Shown: positions 51,001 through 63,952 of the stretch, one piece after another
Position numbering within the stretch: position 1 is the stretch's first letter
How the letters are laid out: each line of letters starts with the position of its first letter
NCBI RefSeq assembly: GCF_022837055.1
Contig: NC_062576.1
Coordinates: 18,286,144-18,350,143 of the forward strand
Source: Prionailurus viverrinus
Lineage: Eukaryota
Direction of reading: 5' to 3'
DNA length: 64,000 nt
Notes under the pieces: model-generated
What the model was told of the DNA's origin: nothing
The model's database searches: none
Seen by the model: only the letters and a program-made list of their open reading frames with translations
Translations under genes and position numbers: made by a program

Positions 51001-51650
51001 GCTGGTGCCAGACAGCAGAGAAAGCTCAAATGGCAAGGGTAGGTAGCTATTAGGGACAGATGCCCAGAACTGTTTACGAAGGAACAGTGATTCTCAACAT
51101 TATGGGGAAGAATCGGTCACCTGCAGTGTATTAAACTTGCGGACCTCGGGGCCCATCCCTAGAGATTCCAACTCCAAAGGTCTGGCACAAGGTCCGGGCA
51201 GCTGAATTTTAAAGAAATAATCCACAGGTGATCCAAAGACTGCACTCTTGAGAAACCAACTGATCTGTTCGTGAATATTTATTAAGTGGCTATGATCTGC
51301 CAGGTTCAGGTTAATCTTCATTGTGGGGACAGAGGAAGAACAAGAAAAGTCTGTGCCCTCAGGGAGTTTACATTCTGGTGGGGATAGAAAATATGAGGTA
51401 TACAAATAAATGGAGACGGCCAGTGACGAGGTCATCAAGAAACTAGGCAGAGACAGGGTACGAGCTTGGGTGGCAGGGAGGGCCTCTGTCTGAGGTCACT
51501 GTGGAACGACAGGACAGAGCCAGACAGTAAGCAACCAGGGGAAAGCATCCAGATGAATCTTCTTTTTCCCCAAGCTCCCCTCAACCCAGGCCTTGGTCCA
51601 ACTGTATCTCAAAGGAAACCAAATCCTGGAGAGTGACGTCCCCCTCCCCC

Positions 51651-51656
51651 TTTATT
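51651..51656 (-). terminator. CDIPT: CDIPT polyadenylation signal (AATAAA on minus strand = tttatt on plus)
   Basis: ~530 nt downstream (minus sense) of CDIPT stop at 52182-52184. Confidence 0.45.
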
Positions 51657-52181
51657 ACAGAGGTTTTCAGAGCTGGGATAGACCAGACACAGGAGGCTGG
51701 GATGGGAAAGGATCTGCTCGGCTCCTTCTCTCTTGGCCGTGGGACCGCAGGCTTCCTCTGGCCAGGGGCACAGGCCTGACTCCCTGCCTGTCGAGAAACC
51801 CGGCCCCTACCCCATCTCCCTCATTCAGGTGTCTCTGAAGCCTCAGGCCAAGCCAGACCCCAGAGCTGAGCCAGCAGGTGCGACAATGCCCGGTCCTCAG
51901 ACAGGTCTCTTGGTGCCCTAGGAGCACTGCCCGTATGGGCGGGGCCTCCTGAGCATCCTTCCTGATTTGAAGTCCAGGTCCTGGGGAATCCTACTGGTGG
52001 GACTGGTCCTCAGGATTTCAGAGAACATGGCATCACCAAGGAGGCCGACGCCCTTCCCAGCAGGCCGGACAACACATTAGGAAGACGTGAGCCTGGGACC
52101 TCGCGGGAGTGAGAGGGGGAGCCGCGTGGCACAGCGAGACTCCCAGGGCAGGTGGGCAGCCAGGGGCTGGAGGTTCCGGGG

Positions 52182-52327
52182 TCACTTCTTCCTGGCACGG
52201 TCCGCGGCGTCCAGGGCAGCCATGTTGCGGGCGGCTGTGATCAGGTGGACGACACTGATGAGAGACTTGAGCACCGCGATAGGGGCAGTGACCCAGAGGC
52301 CCACTCGGAAAAGACCCACAGAGCCAA
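52182..52327 (-). CDS. CDIPT: CDIPT (CDP-diacylglycerol--inositol 3-phosphatidyltransferase) terminal coding exon incl. stop
   Basis: minus strand: ...tctgcAG|tt ggc... encodes (V)GSVGLFRVGLWVTAPIAVLKSLISVVHLITAARNMAALDAADRARKK, TGA = plus 52182-52184; ORF 52182..52445(-). Confidence 0.9.
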
Positions 52328-52472
52328 CTGCAGAAGGGAGCACGGGGAGGATACAAAGAAAATGGGATGCAGGTGAGGGAGAGGCCTGGGAGCTGGCGGC
52401 CTTCAGGCCTTCATCACCCCGGGGCAGGCCAGGCCCCCCTCCCACGCTCCTGCCCAGCCCCTCGCCTCCTAC

Positions 52473-52554
52473 CTAAAGGTCCCTCGGAGAAATTGAACAG
52501 GTAGAGGAGACAGTAGAAGAGCTCGTTTCCAGCACACAGGGTAAACAGAGCGGG
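52473..52554 (-). CDS. CDIPT: CDIPT coding exon 5
   Basis: minus: tgtgcAG|ccc...; PALFTLCAGNELFYCLLYLFNFSEGPL + g; donor g|GTagga; frame = ORF 52414..52788(-). Confidence 0.9.
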
Positions 52555-53129
52555 CTGCACAAACAGCAGATCGGCTGCTTCAGCAAGGGTAGTGCCGCCC
52601 CTCCCCCTGCAAAGGGAGGGGGGACCAGAACCCTCTGCGGATGGGTAGCCGGGAAGAACCAGACCCGGGAAATGGGTGTGCAGGGTGGGGCAAGGGTGAG
52701 AGGAAAGAGCAATCTCAGCTCTCTCTTTATTGCTTCTCTCTTGAAACATCCTTTCAGACACGACCTCCGCTTCCAGAATAAAGCCCACACTTTATGGCCT
52801 AAGACTCCTTGCGCACTGGCTCCAAAGGCCAATCTGGCTTCCCTCTCTCCTTCCCTCCAGGGCAGGTTCCCCCTCTCTGGATGCACCTGCCCCTCTCTGG
52901 GTGCACCGGGCCTCCAGCCCACCTGCTGCCTGCACAAGTCCTCCACACCAATCCTGCCCTCCCCTTCGTGCCTCAGCTTACAGGCCTCCCCTGCCCCCCC
53001 CCCCCCCCCGAGAAAACTCTGGGTTGGTTCCTCCCTCCTGACCCCTAAGGTAGGACTAGGGCTGGGCCCCCCCCCCCCCCCAGGAGCTGAGGGAGCTGAG
53101 GGAATAAGGGAGGGGCAGGAAATGCTCAC

Positions 53130-53211
53130 CCTGGAGGTGTAGTAGATGCGAAGCACGGGATTTCCGGACAGGTCGATCATCTTGTGACTCTCACTGCCTC
53201 GGACCACAGAA
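53130..53211 (-). CDS. CDIPT: CDIPT coding exon 4
   Basis: minus: ccccaAG|t tct...; (S)SVVRGSESHKMIDLSGNPVLRIYYTSR; donor agg|GTgagc; frame = ORF 52473..53255(-). Confidence 0.9.
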
Positions 53212-53651
53212 CTTGGGGAGAAAGCAAGGGGAGTCCATGAGCACTCCTGACCCATCTAATCCTCCTATCCACCCTCACGACGACGTAGGTGCTGGGATCG
53301 TCCCTGCCGTACAGAGGAAGTGGGGCACAGTGGCCTGAAGCCACACAATTACCTCGTTGGTAATTACCTAGCAGAGTCAGGATTCGAAGGCTGTTTCAAA
53401 AGCCCCCAGCTGTTATCTATTTGGAATTCTGGGACCATCCGGTCTGAAGAGTTTTAGGGATTGCTTAATTCAACTGCGAACAGGACCAAGAGCTGACCGA
53501 CAGAGGATTTGCCCAGGGTCCTTTAACAAAGGAGAGCTGAAAGGGAGACCTCCCAGGAAGCCGGAAGCCGTCCCAAACACCCTCCCAGACAGTCTCTCCC
53601 CTCCCCACTCTAGTTTCTTCTTCAGCTGGCCGGCACCCCAGAATCGCAGAC

Positions 53652-53805
53652 CTGTGGAGGTGCAGCCAGTGGCTGGCCACATCCAAGCTCATGCTGAGCT
53701 GGAAGAGAAGGGTGGCCCGTGGGTACAGCAGGGCCAGGTTGACCAGCAGACACATGGTGGAGCACCGGTCCGTCAGCATGTCCAGCATGGCCCCAAACCG
53801 GGTCC
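53652..53805 (-). CDS. CDIPT: CDIPT coding exon 3 (CDP-alcohol phosphotransferase motif region DG...AR...G...D...D)
   Basis: minus: tttttcAG|gg acc...; (G)TRFGAMLDMLTDRCSTMCLLVNLALLYPRATLLFQLSMSLDVASHWLHLH + ag; donor ag|GTctgc; frame = ORF 53465..53788(-). Confidence 0.9.
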
Positions 53806-54519
53806 CTGAAAAACGGGGGCTGTTAGGTGGGAAGGGGCCATCAGGGGCAGGGACCCGGTTTGCTGTGTCTTTCTGATGCAGAGTCTAAAAGAAGCCTGAA
53901 AATGTCACCACCTACTTGCCTGGGGAGGAAAACAGTCTGCTGCTATCCGTGCGGTGTGAGGTCAATGGACAAGGGTCACCATGCAGGAAATGCAGAGACA
54001 CAGGAGCGTGTAGCAGGGCCTGAGAAGGCTAGGTCTACAACTCCTCAATCCCAGAATCAATGGTCCGGGACTCAAGACAAGCAGACTTAAAGTCTTAGGG
54101 GAAGTCTTGCTGGTGGGTTTGCAGAATAGAATAAAAAAAAACAACCCTCCAGAAACCATCCGTCTTCCCTCTCCAGTCTCCCTCTAAACATGCCTTCTGG
54201 AACCCCTATTCCTTGTGCCTGGCACACAGGAGACCCCCCAGCAAACACCTGTCGAGTGGATTTTTATTCAGAGAGACCTTCAGCACTGCCACTGCCACCT
54301 CGTCTTGCTTACCCCACACCCTATCAGTGAGTTCTTCTTCAGAGCCCGCTAAAATCCCTTCGGTTACAAAATCAGGCCATTCTGTTCTGCCTTCTAGAGA
54401 TGGGAATGACGGAGCCCTCTGGTTCCGAGTACCCGCCCGCCCTAAGGTCCTCAGGAAGCAGGAAAAGGGGACCGAGGGTTGTCGGGCCCCAAGGCTGGTT
54501 GGGAGGAGGTGTCAGTCAC

Positions 54520-54654
54520 CTTGATTAAGGGCTCGAGCAGCGTGTCCATCGAAAGCGTCCAGAAGTCCACTGAGCAAGTAGAAGGAGGAGGCCGTGAGGG
54601 GGCAACAGGGCATGAAGTAGAAAGAAACGATGGCAAAGACAATCCGGGCATAAC
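54520..54654 (-). CDS. CDIPT: CDIPT coding exon 2
   Basis: minus: cccaAG|gt tat...; (G)YARIVFAIVSFYFMPCCPLTASSFYLLSGLLDAFDGHAARALNQ + g; donor g|GTgact. Confidence 0.88.
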
Positions 54655-54748
54655 CTTGGGATGGACGGGGGCAGAGAGGGTGGAATCAGAGACCCCGCCC
54701 GAGGCCCCTCGCCCTCCCGTCCGGCCCGGAGCCGCGGGCAGCACTCAC

Positions 54749-54791
54749 CGATGAGGTTAGGCACAAACAGGAAGATATTTTCGCCTGGCAT
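54749..54791 (-). CDS. CDIPT: CDIPT coding exon 1 (start codon)
   Basis: minus ATG = plus 54789-54791; MPGENIFLFVPNLI + g; donor atcg|GTgagt; matches human MPDENIFLFVPNLIG; total CDS of 6 exons = 642 nt = 213 aa + stop as in human. Confidence 0.88.
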
Positions 54792-55250
54792 CGCGGCGAC
54801 CCCCTTGCAGCCCCGGGCCCGATCTGGAGGTGGCAACTGAGTCCCAGCCCCGCCGCGCGGCCTCACCCTCCGGCCCGGCGCATCGGCAGCGCCAAGAGCG
54901 CGCAGCTCCCCGCTGTCCCCGCCTGGCCGGCCGCAGGTGTTAGAGCTCGCAGCCCGCCGGAGCACCGGCCGGCCCAGATGCGTCGGGCGCCGGGGCGCGC
55001 ACACACCGCCCTCCCCGGGGGGCAGGCCCTCGCGCCTCCAGCGGCCGCCCTCGCCACCCCAGCTGAGCCCCACCGGGCAAAATTGGAAGAAAAAAGAAAA
55101 AAAAAAAAAAAAAAAAAAGCTTAAAATGGCTGCGGCCCCTTTAAGACCTGCCCGCTTCCTCTTCCTTTTCCTCCGTCCGCCCCTTTCTATCGGCGCGTAC
55201 CAAAACGCAGAGGGAGGAGGGGGGCAAGGAACCCATGACGCCGAGGAGGG
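54792..55250 (-). promoter_or_regulatory. CDIPT: CDIPT CpG-island promoter/5'UTR (likely bidirectional)
   Basis: CpG-dense (gcgcgcagctccccgctgtccccgcctggccggccgc...) immediately upstream (minus sense) of CDIPT ATG; contains A27 run 55089-55117. Confidence 0.5.
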
Positions 55251-58200
55251 AACCGAGAAGGAGAGGTCAAAAGAAAAGGAGGCCCAGAGGAACTGCTTCT
55301 ACTCTTCTCTCTCCGGAGGGTATAGCTTCCTGGAGACGAAGACACGGAGAAAATATTCCGCCCTCCTAGACCTACGCGTCCCTGAGATACAAGGTTATTT
55401 AGTACAGCCCACATGGTTTCTTCCCCGCCCCTGTCTCGCCCTTGCTCTCGCAGGCTCCAGGGAGCGAGAGAATGGCTAGAGAGGTTGGAAGGCGGCCGAG
55501 GGCGGGGTTGTTTCTTGCGTGCCCCTAGTGGTAGGAGGACTGGGTCCCAGGCACCACCTGTGATCTTCCAAAGTTTTTCAGACTTCTGGTGCTGGGCCCA
55601 GCATCCCCAAGGAGGGACCCAGAAGGAGGTGGAGTGGAGACCAGAGGAGCGAACGCGACATGCTGGGAAAATGCTCCCCCTCCCCGGCCCCCGCCTTTGG
55701 TTCTAGAATCCCTAATATCCTGGCAACCGGGCTGCAGAACGTCCGCAGACACCAAGGGTTTTGTAGCGACGGTAGCCGCACCACCCCGGTCCCCCCCTCT
55801 TTCCAACCTTCCTCCCCAGCGCCTACTCCCCGTCCCCTGAGACCTAAATAGGAGCTCCTTAGCCCTCTCCGTTTACCTCTTCCCGAGACTTCAACTCCTG
55901 CCAGGTCTGGGCCGGCAAGCCAGCTGCCTTGATTTGGGAAGGGCCTTAGGTGGGAGGAAGGAGAGTGTCCCTGGGAGAAGTGGGGGTGGGGAGAGGATTG
56001 TTGTGAGCGTCCCTATTCCACTCCTTCCCCCCAGGAAGATTTAAGGCAAGGATTTCCCCCACCCAGGGAGAGAACTGAGACAGCAGGATGGTTCACCTAA
56101 AGGCCTTATTTAAATCTGGCCCCGAGGAATGGTGGTGGGATGGGTCTGGGGGAAGTGGGCTGGTTTCTCAGCCTAACACAGGCTCCACCTGTTCCCAGGA
56201 GGATGGCATCCACACCTACCAGGAATGAGGAGGAAAAGGGCAGCAGGATGTCCCAAGCTGCAACCTCCTTGGGTGGAGGTCCAGTGAGCATGGGGGTGAG
56301 ATGGAGTGGAGAGCTCCTAGGCCAAGGGTTAGAGTCTCCAGCCTTGAGAGGCTAGCTTCAACCCTGAGCCCATAGCCCCCAGCACTAGGCCCTCAGGTCC
56401 TCAAAGAAACTCCCCCCCCAAAAAAAAACCCACAACGCCCCCCTACTTCCAGGGCCGCCTTTGTCAAATCTCAAGACTCAGCCCTCCAGTACCAGACTCC
56501 TTAGACCCAGAGCCCCAGCCTGAGAGCCCCCAGACCCAGGACTCCCATGTGGGGACTCCTAGGCTGAGTCTCTCTGATTTCCCCTTTTGCAGGTTTCATT
56601 ATCCCGTTCTGAGGAATTCCTGACCCAGATCAGCACAGAACTTACTGATGAGGCCTTGTTTACCGCTGGCTATGGCACGAACCCTGTGCCCACCAAGGAT
56701 AAACAGACCCAAGACCGAGGGACTCAGATATCCAAACACGGTGACCCCACCTCCAGGACCACTGTGTCCAGAGACCCCACCATACCCCTAGTTCCAATCC
56801 CTGACCCCTTCCAACCACAGCTGAGCTCTCCAGCAATCTCACGTCTCACAGCCCTCCCTGGGACTGCTTAGTGCTCCCCCGCACAACTCACCCGGTACCC
56901 ACTCCCCACTGCTGGCCAGGAATCACCTCAGCCCCTTCCTCTCTAGCCACATCTCTTTCTGGCTAGAGGGGTAGGAAATTCTCTGACTGGGGCTTCTACT
57001 TCTAGTGTTCTTCAAGACCCGAGGCACCGACACCCGGTGAGTAAATCTTCAATGGAGATGCCCTTTGTCCTGGGAAAAGGATAAGGAGCCTGGAGGGGAG
57101 AGAGGGAGGGTTTGACAACATCCTAGCGGGGCAGGGGGATTTTTAAACCGGGAAGTCCGATTCTCTTCTGGTCTGATCCTCAAATTCAGACTTCTCAGCC
57201 CTCCCCTTTCCGTCCGCCATCTCTAGTTCTGACAGAAACCGTACCCGCACCAAGACCCACCTCCTGCCATCCCCTCGTGACAAGGTTTGTACCGAGTCCA
57301 TGAATGACAACGCCATTCAGTATTAACCGAACGTGTGGAGTTCACAGGCTATGCGAGTCCCCGTTTCAGGAGTTTGGGACCCAGAAACGAACGATACGGT
57401 CTCTGCCCCTGAAGAGTTCACGGTGTCATGTGGGACCGGTCAGGTAGATGGTCAGTTATAGCATAATATGTATAAGAGCCCTGTAATAGAAGTAATAGAA
57501 GTGGAATAGAAGTGGAAACAGTGAGAAGAGCCCTTATTCCAGCTGCAGTTGGAACAGCAAGGAAAGGAATCATGGGACTTCCTGGAGGGGGTGACACCGA
57601 AAGAAAGAATCTTCTAGAAAAAAAAAAAATGGATTGGTCAGTGTATTCCAAGTGGTAGGGCTTGCATGAGCGAAGACACAAAGGTGAGTCTCACTAGAGC
57701 GCATGGGAGTGTATGGATGCTTAGGGCAGGGGAGAGGGTGGGACGAGAGGCAGGTTAACTGTGGGAGGACTCAGGCAGGGTAGCCAGGGACTACTCAGAG
57801 ACCTTGTGTGTGCTTACTAAGATCAGAAGTCACTGAAGAGATTTGAGCAAGAGAGGCTGCAATTTTAGATCAGTCACTCTGGTGGTCAGTGGGGAGAATG
57901 ACCTGGAAAGGGAAGACCGGAGGTGGAGGCCAGTTAGGAATTGTGCCAAGAGACTGAGTCGGTGATGATTAGGTCTCGAATTGTCACAGTGATAGTATAG
58001 ATGAGAAGAGGAGCAGATATGAGAAATAAAGACCAGGAAGACTGAGTTTGGTAATTGATTAGAAATGATAGGGGAACAAATAAAAGAGGAAATCAGATGA
58101 CCCCTCCCTTCCCCCAGGTTTCTGACTTAGGTAACAAGTCTGATGACCTCATGCTTCTGCTCCGAACTCCACACTAGTTCCCCATTTCGGAGTAAAAGCC

Positions 58201-59289
58201 ATAGCCCATCATAGCTTATAAGGCCCTACATGATCTCTCTCCTTCCCCTTGTTTGCCCCTGTTCCAGTCATGCCAGCCTTCTCACTCTTCTTGGAGTATG
58301 GCAGCCATGCTCCCGCCTTTGGACAGATCCCACTCCGTGTGGAAACGTAGTGTAGATAGTTGGAAATACGGCTTTAAAACTCACTGGAGACATCTGGGCT
58401 GGCGATAGAAATTGGATTTCGGAGGGAGTTGGCAGTTGAAGGATGTGTGGTTGCCCCCAGAGGTGGGGGTTATGCAGAGTAAGAAAAAAGAGGACCCTGA
58501 GGGCAGAGCCCTGAAGAGTGTCTCCGTGTAAGGAGTTGGTGGAGGAGGAGACGGGGGTCATGAAAAGGAACTGACAGCAAATGTTTATTGAGTGTCTTGT
58601 TCGTGCCCAGTCCACCAGGTCTGAGGGATAGTCATTTCTCCAGGGCTGCTGCTTCAAATGTTCATGACCAAGACCAGAAGCACAAGAGAGCTGAGAACAA
58701 TCCACTGTTCTTATCCTCAGGGAGCTGGCTTCCTAGTGCCTTTGGGACACTTGAGGTCTCCCAATTGGGCTTTGGTGTTAGAAGCAGCTTGAAGTAGCAG
58801 AAAAACCCTGGGTTAATCTGGTGTCAACCTGATAGTTAGCTTAGATAGGAAGCAAGTTGCTTTCTTCCTCCCCATGTGTCAAATGGGAGCCTTGGACAAG
58901 ATGCTCTGTAAGGGCCCTACCTGCCCATACAGTGGTTTCCTGCTTCTTCCCAAATGGCACTTGATTGAGAATTTCATCCTGAGCCAATACCCTCTCATCC
59001 CCCCCGGGAAGCACCCCATGATCCCAACGGATTTTTTCCTTCCTCGAGAAAGAACGTGGAAGCCTACAGACCTTTGAATTGCCCCTTGAAATATAGGTCA
59101 TTGTAGGTGATCGAAATGTTGAGTGGGGGGATGGGTGAGTGGATGGAGAGGGTAGGCAAATGGATGAATGGATAAATGGTTAGGTAAATTCACTGAATGT
59201 TCATTGGACACTTTCTATGTGCCAGCAGTGCTGTAGGGGCTGCAGGCTAGAAGTGAGCAAGATAGAGTCCCTGCTTTTGAGAAGTTTAA

Positions 59290-59560
59290 ATGGGGGCGGA
59301 GTGATTAGGTGGAAGAGAGGTAAGTGAGTGGATGGATGAATGAGGGATAGGTGGATGGGCAGACAGATGAGCAGAAAGATTGATGAAGAATGATGGGTTG
59401 ATATGTGGATAAATACGTGGATGGATGGTTGGATGGATGGATGGATGGTGGGTGGGTGGGTGGGTGGATGGATAGATGGATGGACGGTGGGTGGATGGAT
59501 GGATGGATGGATGGTGGGTGGATGGATGGATGGATGAGTGGGTAAATAGGGAATAGTGGA
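59290..59560. repeat. (GGAT)n/(GGGT)n compound tetranucleotide microsatellite
   Basis: gtggatggatggttggatggatggatggatggtgggtgggtgggtgggtggatggatagatggatggacggtgggtggatggatggatggatgg...; produces artefact minus ORF with IHPS repeats. Confidence 0.95.
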
Positions 59561-60017
59561 TGCATAAATAGGTGAGTGGGGTATATGGGTTAGATGGATA
59601 GGTGAAGGATAGAAGGATAAGAAGACATGAGCCTTGGGTCCAAAGAATCAGAAGGCTCTTTTGCTTTTCTAGAGAGCTCTGCCTAGCAGCTTAACATCTG
59701 GAGGATGACCCCAAACCCCTTTGGTGCTGCTCTTGGCCTCTCAAGTCCTCCCCTGTTCTGTCCTTCTAGAACGTGCATCAGAGCTCCTCTTTCACGAGTC
59801 ATTAACACTTCACTTTGCTGGGACTTCTGGTCATGAGCAACATACCCCTGGAAGCTTCCTAGGTGTTCAGGAACCATCACACACCTCTCCCCCTCAACTG
59901 GCAAGAACATCACCAGAAATCAAAGGCTTTAATAAAAAGACAGAGGTCCTTCCCTCCTCCCAACCCAGGTCATGCTCTGGAGTGACTTCTCTGGGGTGGG
60001 GATATGAGAGGGTGGCC

Positions 60018-60066
60018 CTATCTCCCCCTTCCTTCCTTCCTTCCTTCCTTCCTTCCTTCCTTCCTT
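60018..60066. repeat. (TTCC)n microsatellite
   Basis: ccttccttccttccttccttccttccttccttccttc. Confidence 0.95.
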
Positions 60067-60448
60067 CGTCTCCTCCCCCCTCCTCCTGCTCCTTTTTTTG
60101 TTTTGCCAGATGTGTGGGCATATTGGTGGACAGGAATATTCCATATTATTGGAATGGCTTTAATATAGGCAGTCAACAAACTGTTATCAGTCAACCTGTT
60201 GGCAGAGATGAGTTCATGGATCCAAACCCAGCCTCCTCGCCAAACTCCAACAGCTTAAGGTCTAGGCCTCTGGCATCTGAGAAGATACACCCTTGCTTCT
60301 GGCATCTGAGGAGCTTCTCTGCCACTAATGGCAGTGCTGAGGCCTCCCCTCCAAGCTCTGGGGCCTCATGCCTAGGGGAACAGGTCACACTCATTATAGC
60401 CAGCTTTGTAGAGTTTGCATTTAAATCTGAGTTGGGGGGGGGGGTTGG

Positions 60449-60637
60449 GGTGCACCTGGGTGGCTCAGTTGGTTAAGCATCTGACTCTTGGTTTCAGCTC
60501 AGGTCATGGTCTCACGGTTTCATGAGATCGAGCCCTATGTCAGGCTCTGCACTGCCAGCGTGGAGTCTGCTTGAGATTCTCTCTCTCTCTCTGCCCCTCT
60601 CCCACTCGTGCTGTCTCTGTATCTCTAAATAAAAACA

Positions 60638-60676
<39 letters not shown>

Positions 60677-60695
60677 AAATAAATCTGGTCCGGCC
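60449..60695 (+). mobile_element. Can-SINE with (AAAT)n tail
   Basis: ggggtgcacctgggtggctcagttggttaagcatctgactcttggtttcagctcaggtcatggtctcacgg...aaataaataaataaataaataaataaa. Confidence 0.85.
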
Positions 60696-60699
60696 ACTT

Positions 60700-60880
60700 A
60701 TTGGAGCCTCATGAGGAAGTCCATTCACATCTCTGAGCCTCAGTTTTCTTGTGAGAAAAATGGGAATAATTGTCCCTGTCTCACAGGGTCCTCGTAGGGG
60801 TTAAAAACATAATGCATAGAAAGTGCTTAGCACAATGCCTGGCACAGAATAAATGCCCAGAAATGCAGGCTGTTATTATT
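60700..60880. repeat. MIR remnant
   Basis: ...ctcacagggtcctcgtaggggttaaaaacataatgcatagaaagtgcttagcacaatgcctggcacagaataaatg. Confidence 0.45.
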
Positions 60881-61959
60881 AGTAAGATCAGCTTGCATCA
60901 TGTTCTCCTAAATTCAACCTCCTTTTGAGTATTTCAGTGTCCTTTAGAGTGTCCTAAGACTGTTTAATTATATTTAAATATAAAAATCTGAATTAAGTGA
61001 AATGCAATTAATTCGGAGACTCTTTAGACAAATGGGCTACAAATTCCTTATAATGTTCAAAAGTGGATATGCCGGAAAAGGAAGCCCACAGGGTAAAAAA
61101 CAAGCTCATTCTTTGTGAAATGCTACAAATTTGACCCTTCCTTAGTAGATGCGTAACAGCAGATTAGGGGACAAAAGAATGGTATACTTGGATGGATACA
61201 AAAGTTCTCAAAAGGAGCTTGCATTTTAGGTACACTGGTTATGAAACAAATGGAAAGCTGTTTGCCTCCTGCCTACTGTCCGCCATCTCCTGACTAGGTG
61301 CTTCTATATGAGCCTAGAAGCACCAAGCCCTGGCGGAGAGACAGCTGAAGCCCAGAGGGGGCTCAGCTTCCACAGAGGGTGAGACGAAAGCCAGACTTTT
61401 TGACCCCTAGCCAACCCCCCTTGACATTGCCCTGTGCCCAGTCTTGGAACGCCATCTTTTTTCCAAATTGTTCCCCTTTCCCCAGGCCTCTCTCCAGATG
61501 GGCCACCGTCACTGTGTCCAGCACTCTGTGACCCACCTTCCCACGCCCCACCAGCCCAGTTACAAATGGTGGTTTTCTGTTTATTGCTCAAAAACAAAAA
61601 TCCATAAGCAAAGGCGGGGAGATTGTGGACTGGGAGACGGCATGAAGTGGGTAGGGGCCTTGTCCCTGTTTTCCCCCTACATCTCTCTTCCTGTGACTCT
61701 CCAGAGCCCAGGGGTTAGGCCTGGGGCCAGAGCGTCTGGGAAGAGGCTTCATGGCCAAGGGAATGCAGAGCTCTCAGGCAGTCCTTTGGCAGGGGGCGGC
61801 GGGGGTGGGGGTGGGGGTTTGCCCTGGGCTGGAGGGGTCCCAGGAGTTGCGGGGGGCTGAGTTCCCCTCCCAGGGTCCAAAAGCCAGTAGGGCCAGAGGG
61901 GAGGGGCAGGCCCCTTGTTTGGCAACTGAGAAGAGGAGGCTTGGGCGGCAGGATGCTGG

Positions 61960-61965
61960 TTTATT
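61960..61965 (-). terminator. SEZ6L2: SEZ6L2 polyadenylation signal (AATAAA on minus strand)
   Basis: plus tttatt ~160 nt downstream (minus sense) of SEZ6L2 stop. Confidence 0.5.
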
Positions 61966-62125
61966 TACTGTAGGGTCCCCAAGGGCCATCAAAGCCCCCT
62001 CGTGGGACCAGGAGACTATTTACACATCAGGGAGAAAGGGAGCCAGAGGCAAGGTCCTGTACTCCTCCCTGCCCAGGAGGGGGAGGGGAGGGGCGTCCTG
62101 GGTCCTGCGGCCTTAGTCTTGGGGT

Positions 62126-62155
62126 TCAGATGGAAACTTCATACTCCCGTGTATC
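62126..62155 (-). CDS. SEZ6L2: SEZ6L2 (seizure 6-like protein 2) terminal coding exon incl. stop
   Basis: minus: tctccAG|gat aca cgg gag tat gaa gtt tcc atc TGA = DTREYEVSI*, the conserved SEZ6-family C-terminus. Confidence 0.85.
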   Translation of the reverse strand, partial: DTREYEVSI

Positions 62156-62553
62156 CTGGAGACAGAGAGGTGGGATCAGTTGCTGGAGTGGGAGGGGGAT
62201 GGAGGAGGGAACAAAGTGAGAGGAGGCACCCACAAGGAAGGGGAGAGACCGTGGGCTTTTTACAAATAACATTGATCGCGAGGTTTGGGAGTCAGGGGGT
62301 GGGAACAGCCAGGGGATGTTCGGTTTATCTTATAGTATCTTAAAATCACATACAAAATCAGAGTTTCTGGATTGTCTCGAACAACTGGAAGATCTGGCAA
62401 CTGCGCCCGAGTCTCCACTACAGACCCGATGGGGTGCAAGGTCTCCATTTAGCCACAGTCCTCACCACCCTCTATTGTTCACACCTGACTTGCTTTGTTC
62501 ATTGGCGTGGCCTTGGTAGGCAGCTGAGGTTGAAATTCCCCAGACAGGTATTA

Positions 62554-62754
<201 letters not shown>

Positions 62755-62853
62755 TTATCGAGAGGTGAGCCCCCAACCCCCCCTCACCCAGGCGTCTGTG
62801 CCAGGCAGGCAGGACGTCTGCCCTGGCTCGAAGCTTCCCGAGTAGGGTACTTA

Positions 62854-63387
<534 letters not shown>

Positions 63388-63630
63388 CTAAAAGTTCAGC
63401 CTTCTTGGGCAGTCTAAATGAATCAGGTCTGTGGAATTTGTCAAAAGTAGGGAAGTGGAGACTGCTCCAGAGGACACGGGACTTCCAAGCCAAAGCCCCC
63501 TCTGCTCCATCATCCTTCAGGACAATTCTGTAATACCCGTGAGGATCAGAGCCCTCCGTAGGTGAAGGGGGAGCTCGGCAGGGTTGACCGCTGGTCTCAA
63601 ATTCGCTTCCTGACTTTCCCAGCCCTGTCA

Positions 63631-63948
<318 letters not shown>

Positions 63949-63952
63949 TCAC

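Noticed and set aside
59305-59565. Minus ORF encoding IHPS/HPS repeats
   Set aside because: Direct translation of the (GGAT)n microsatellite.
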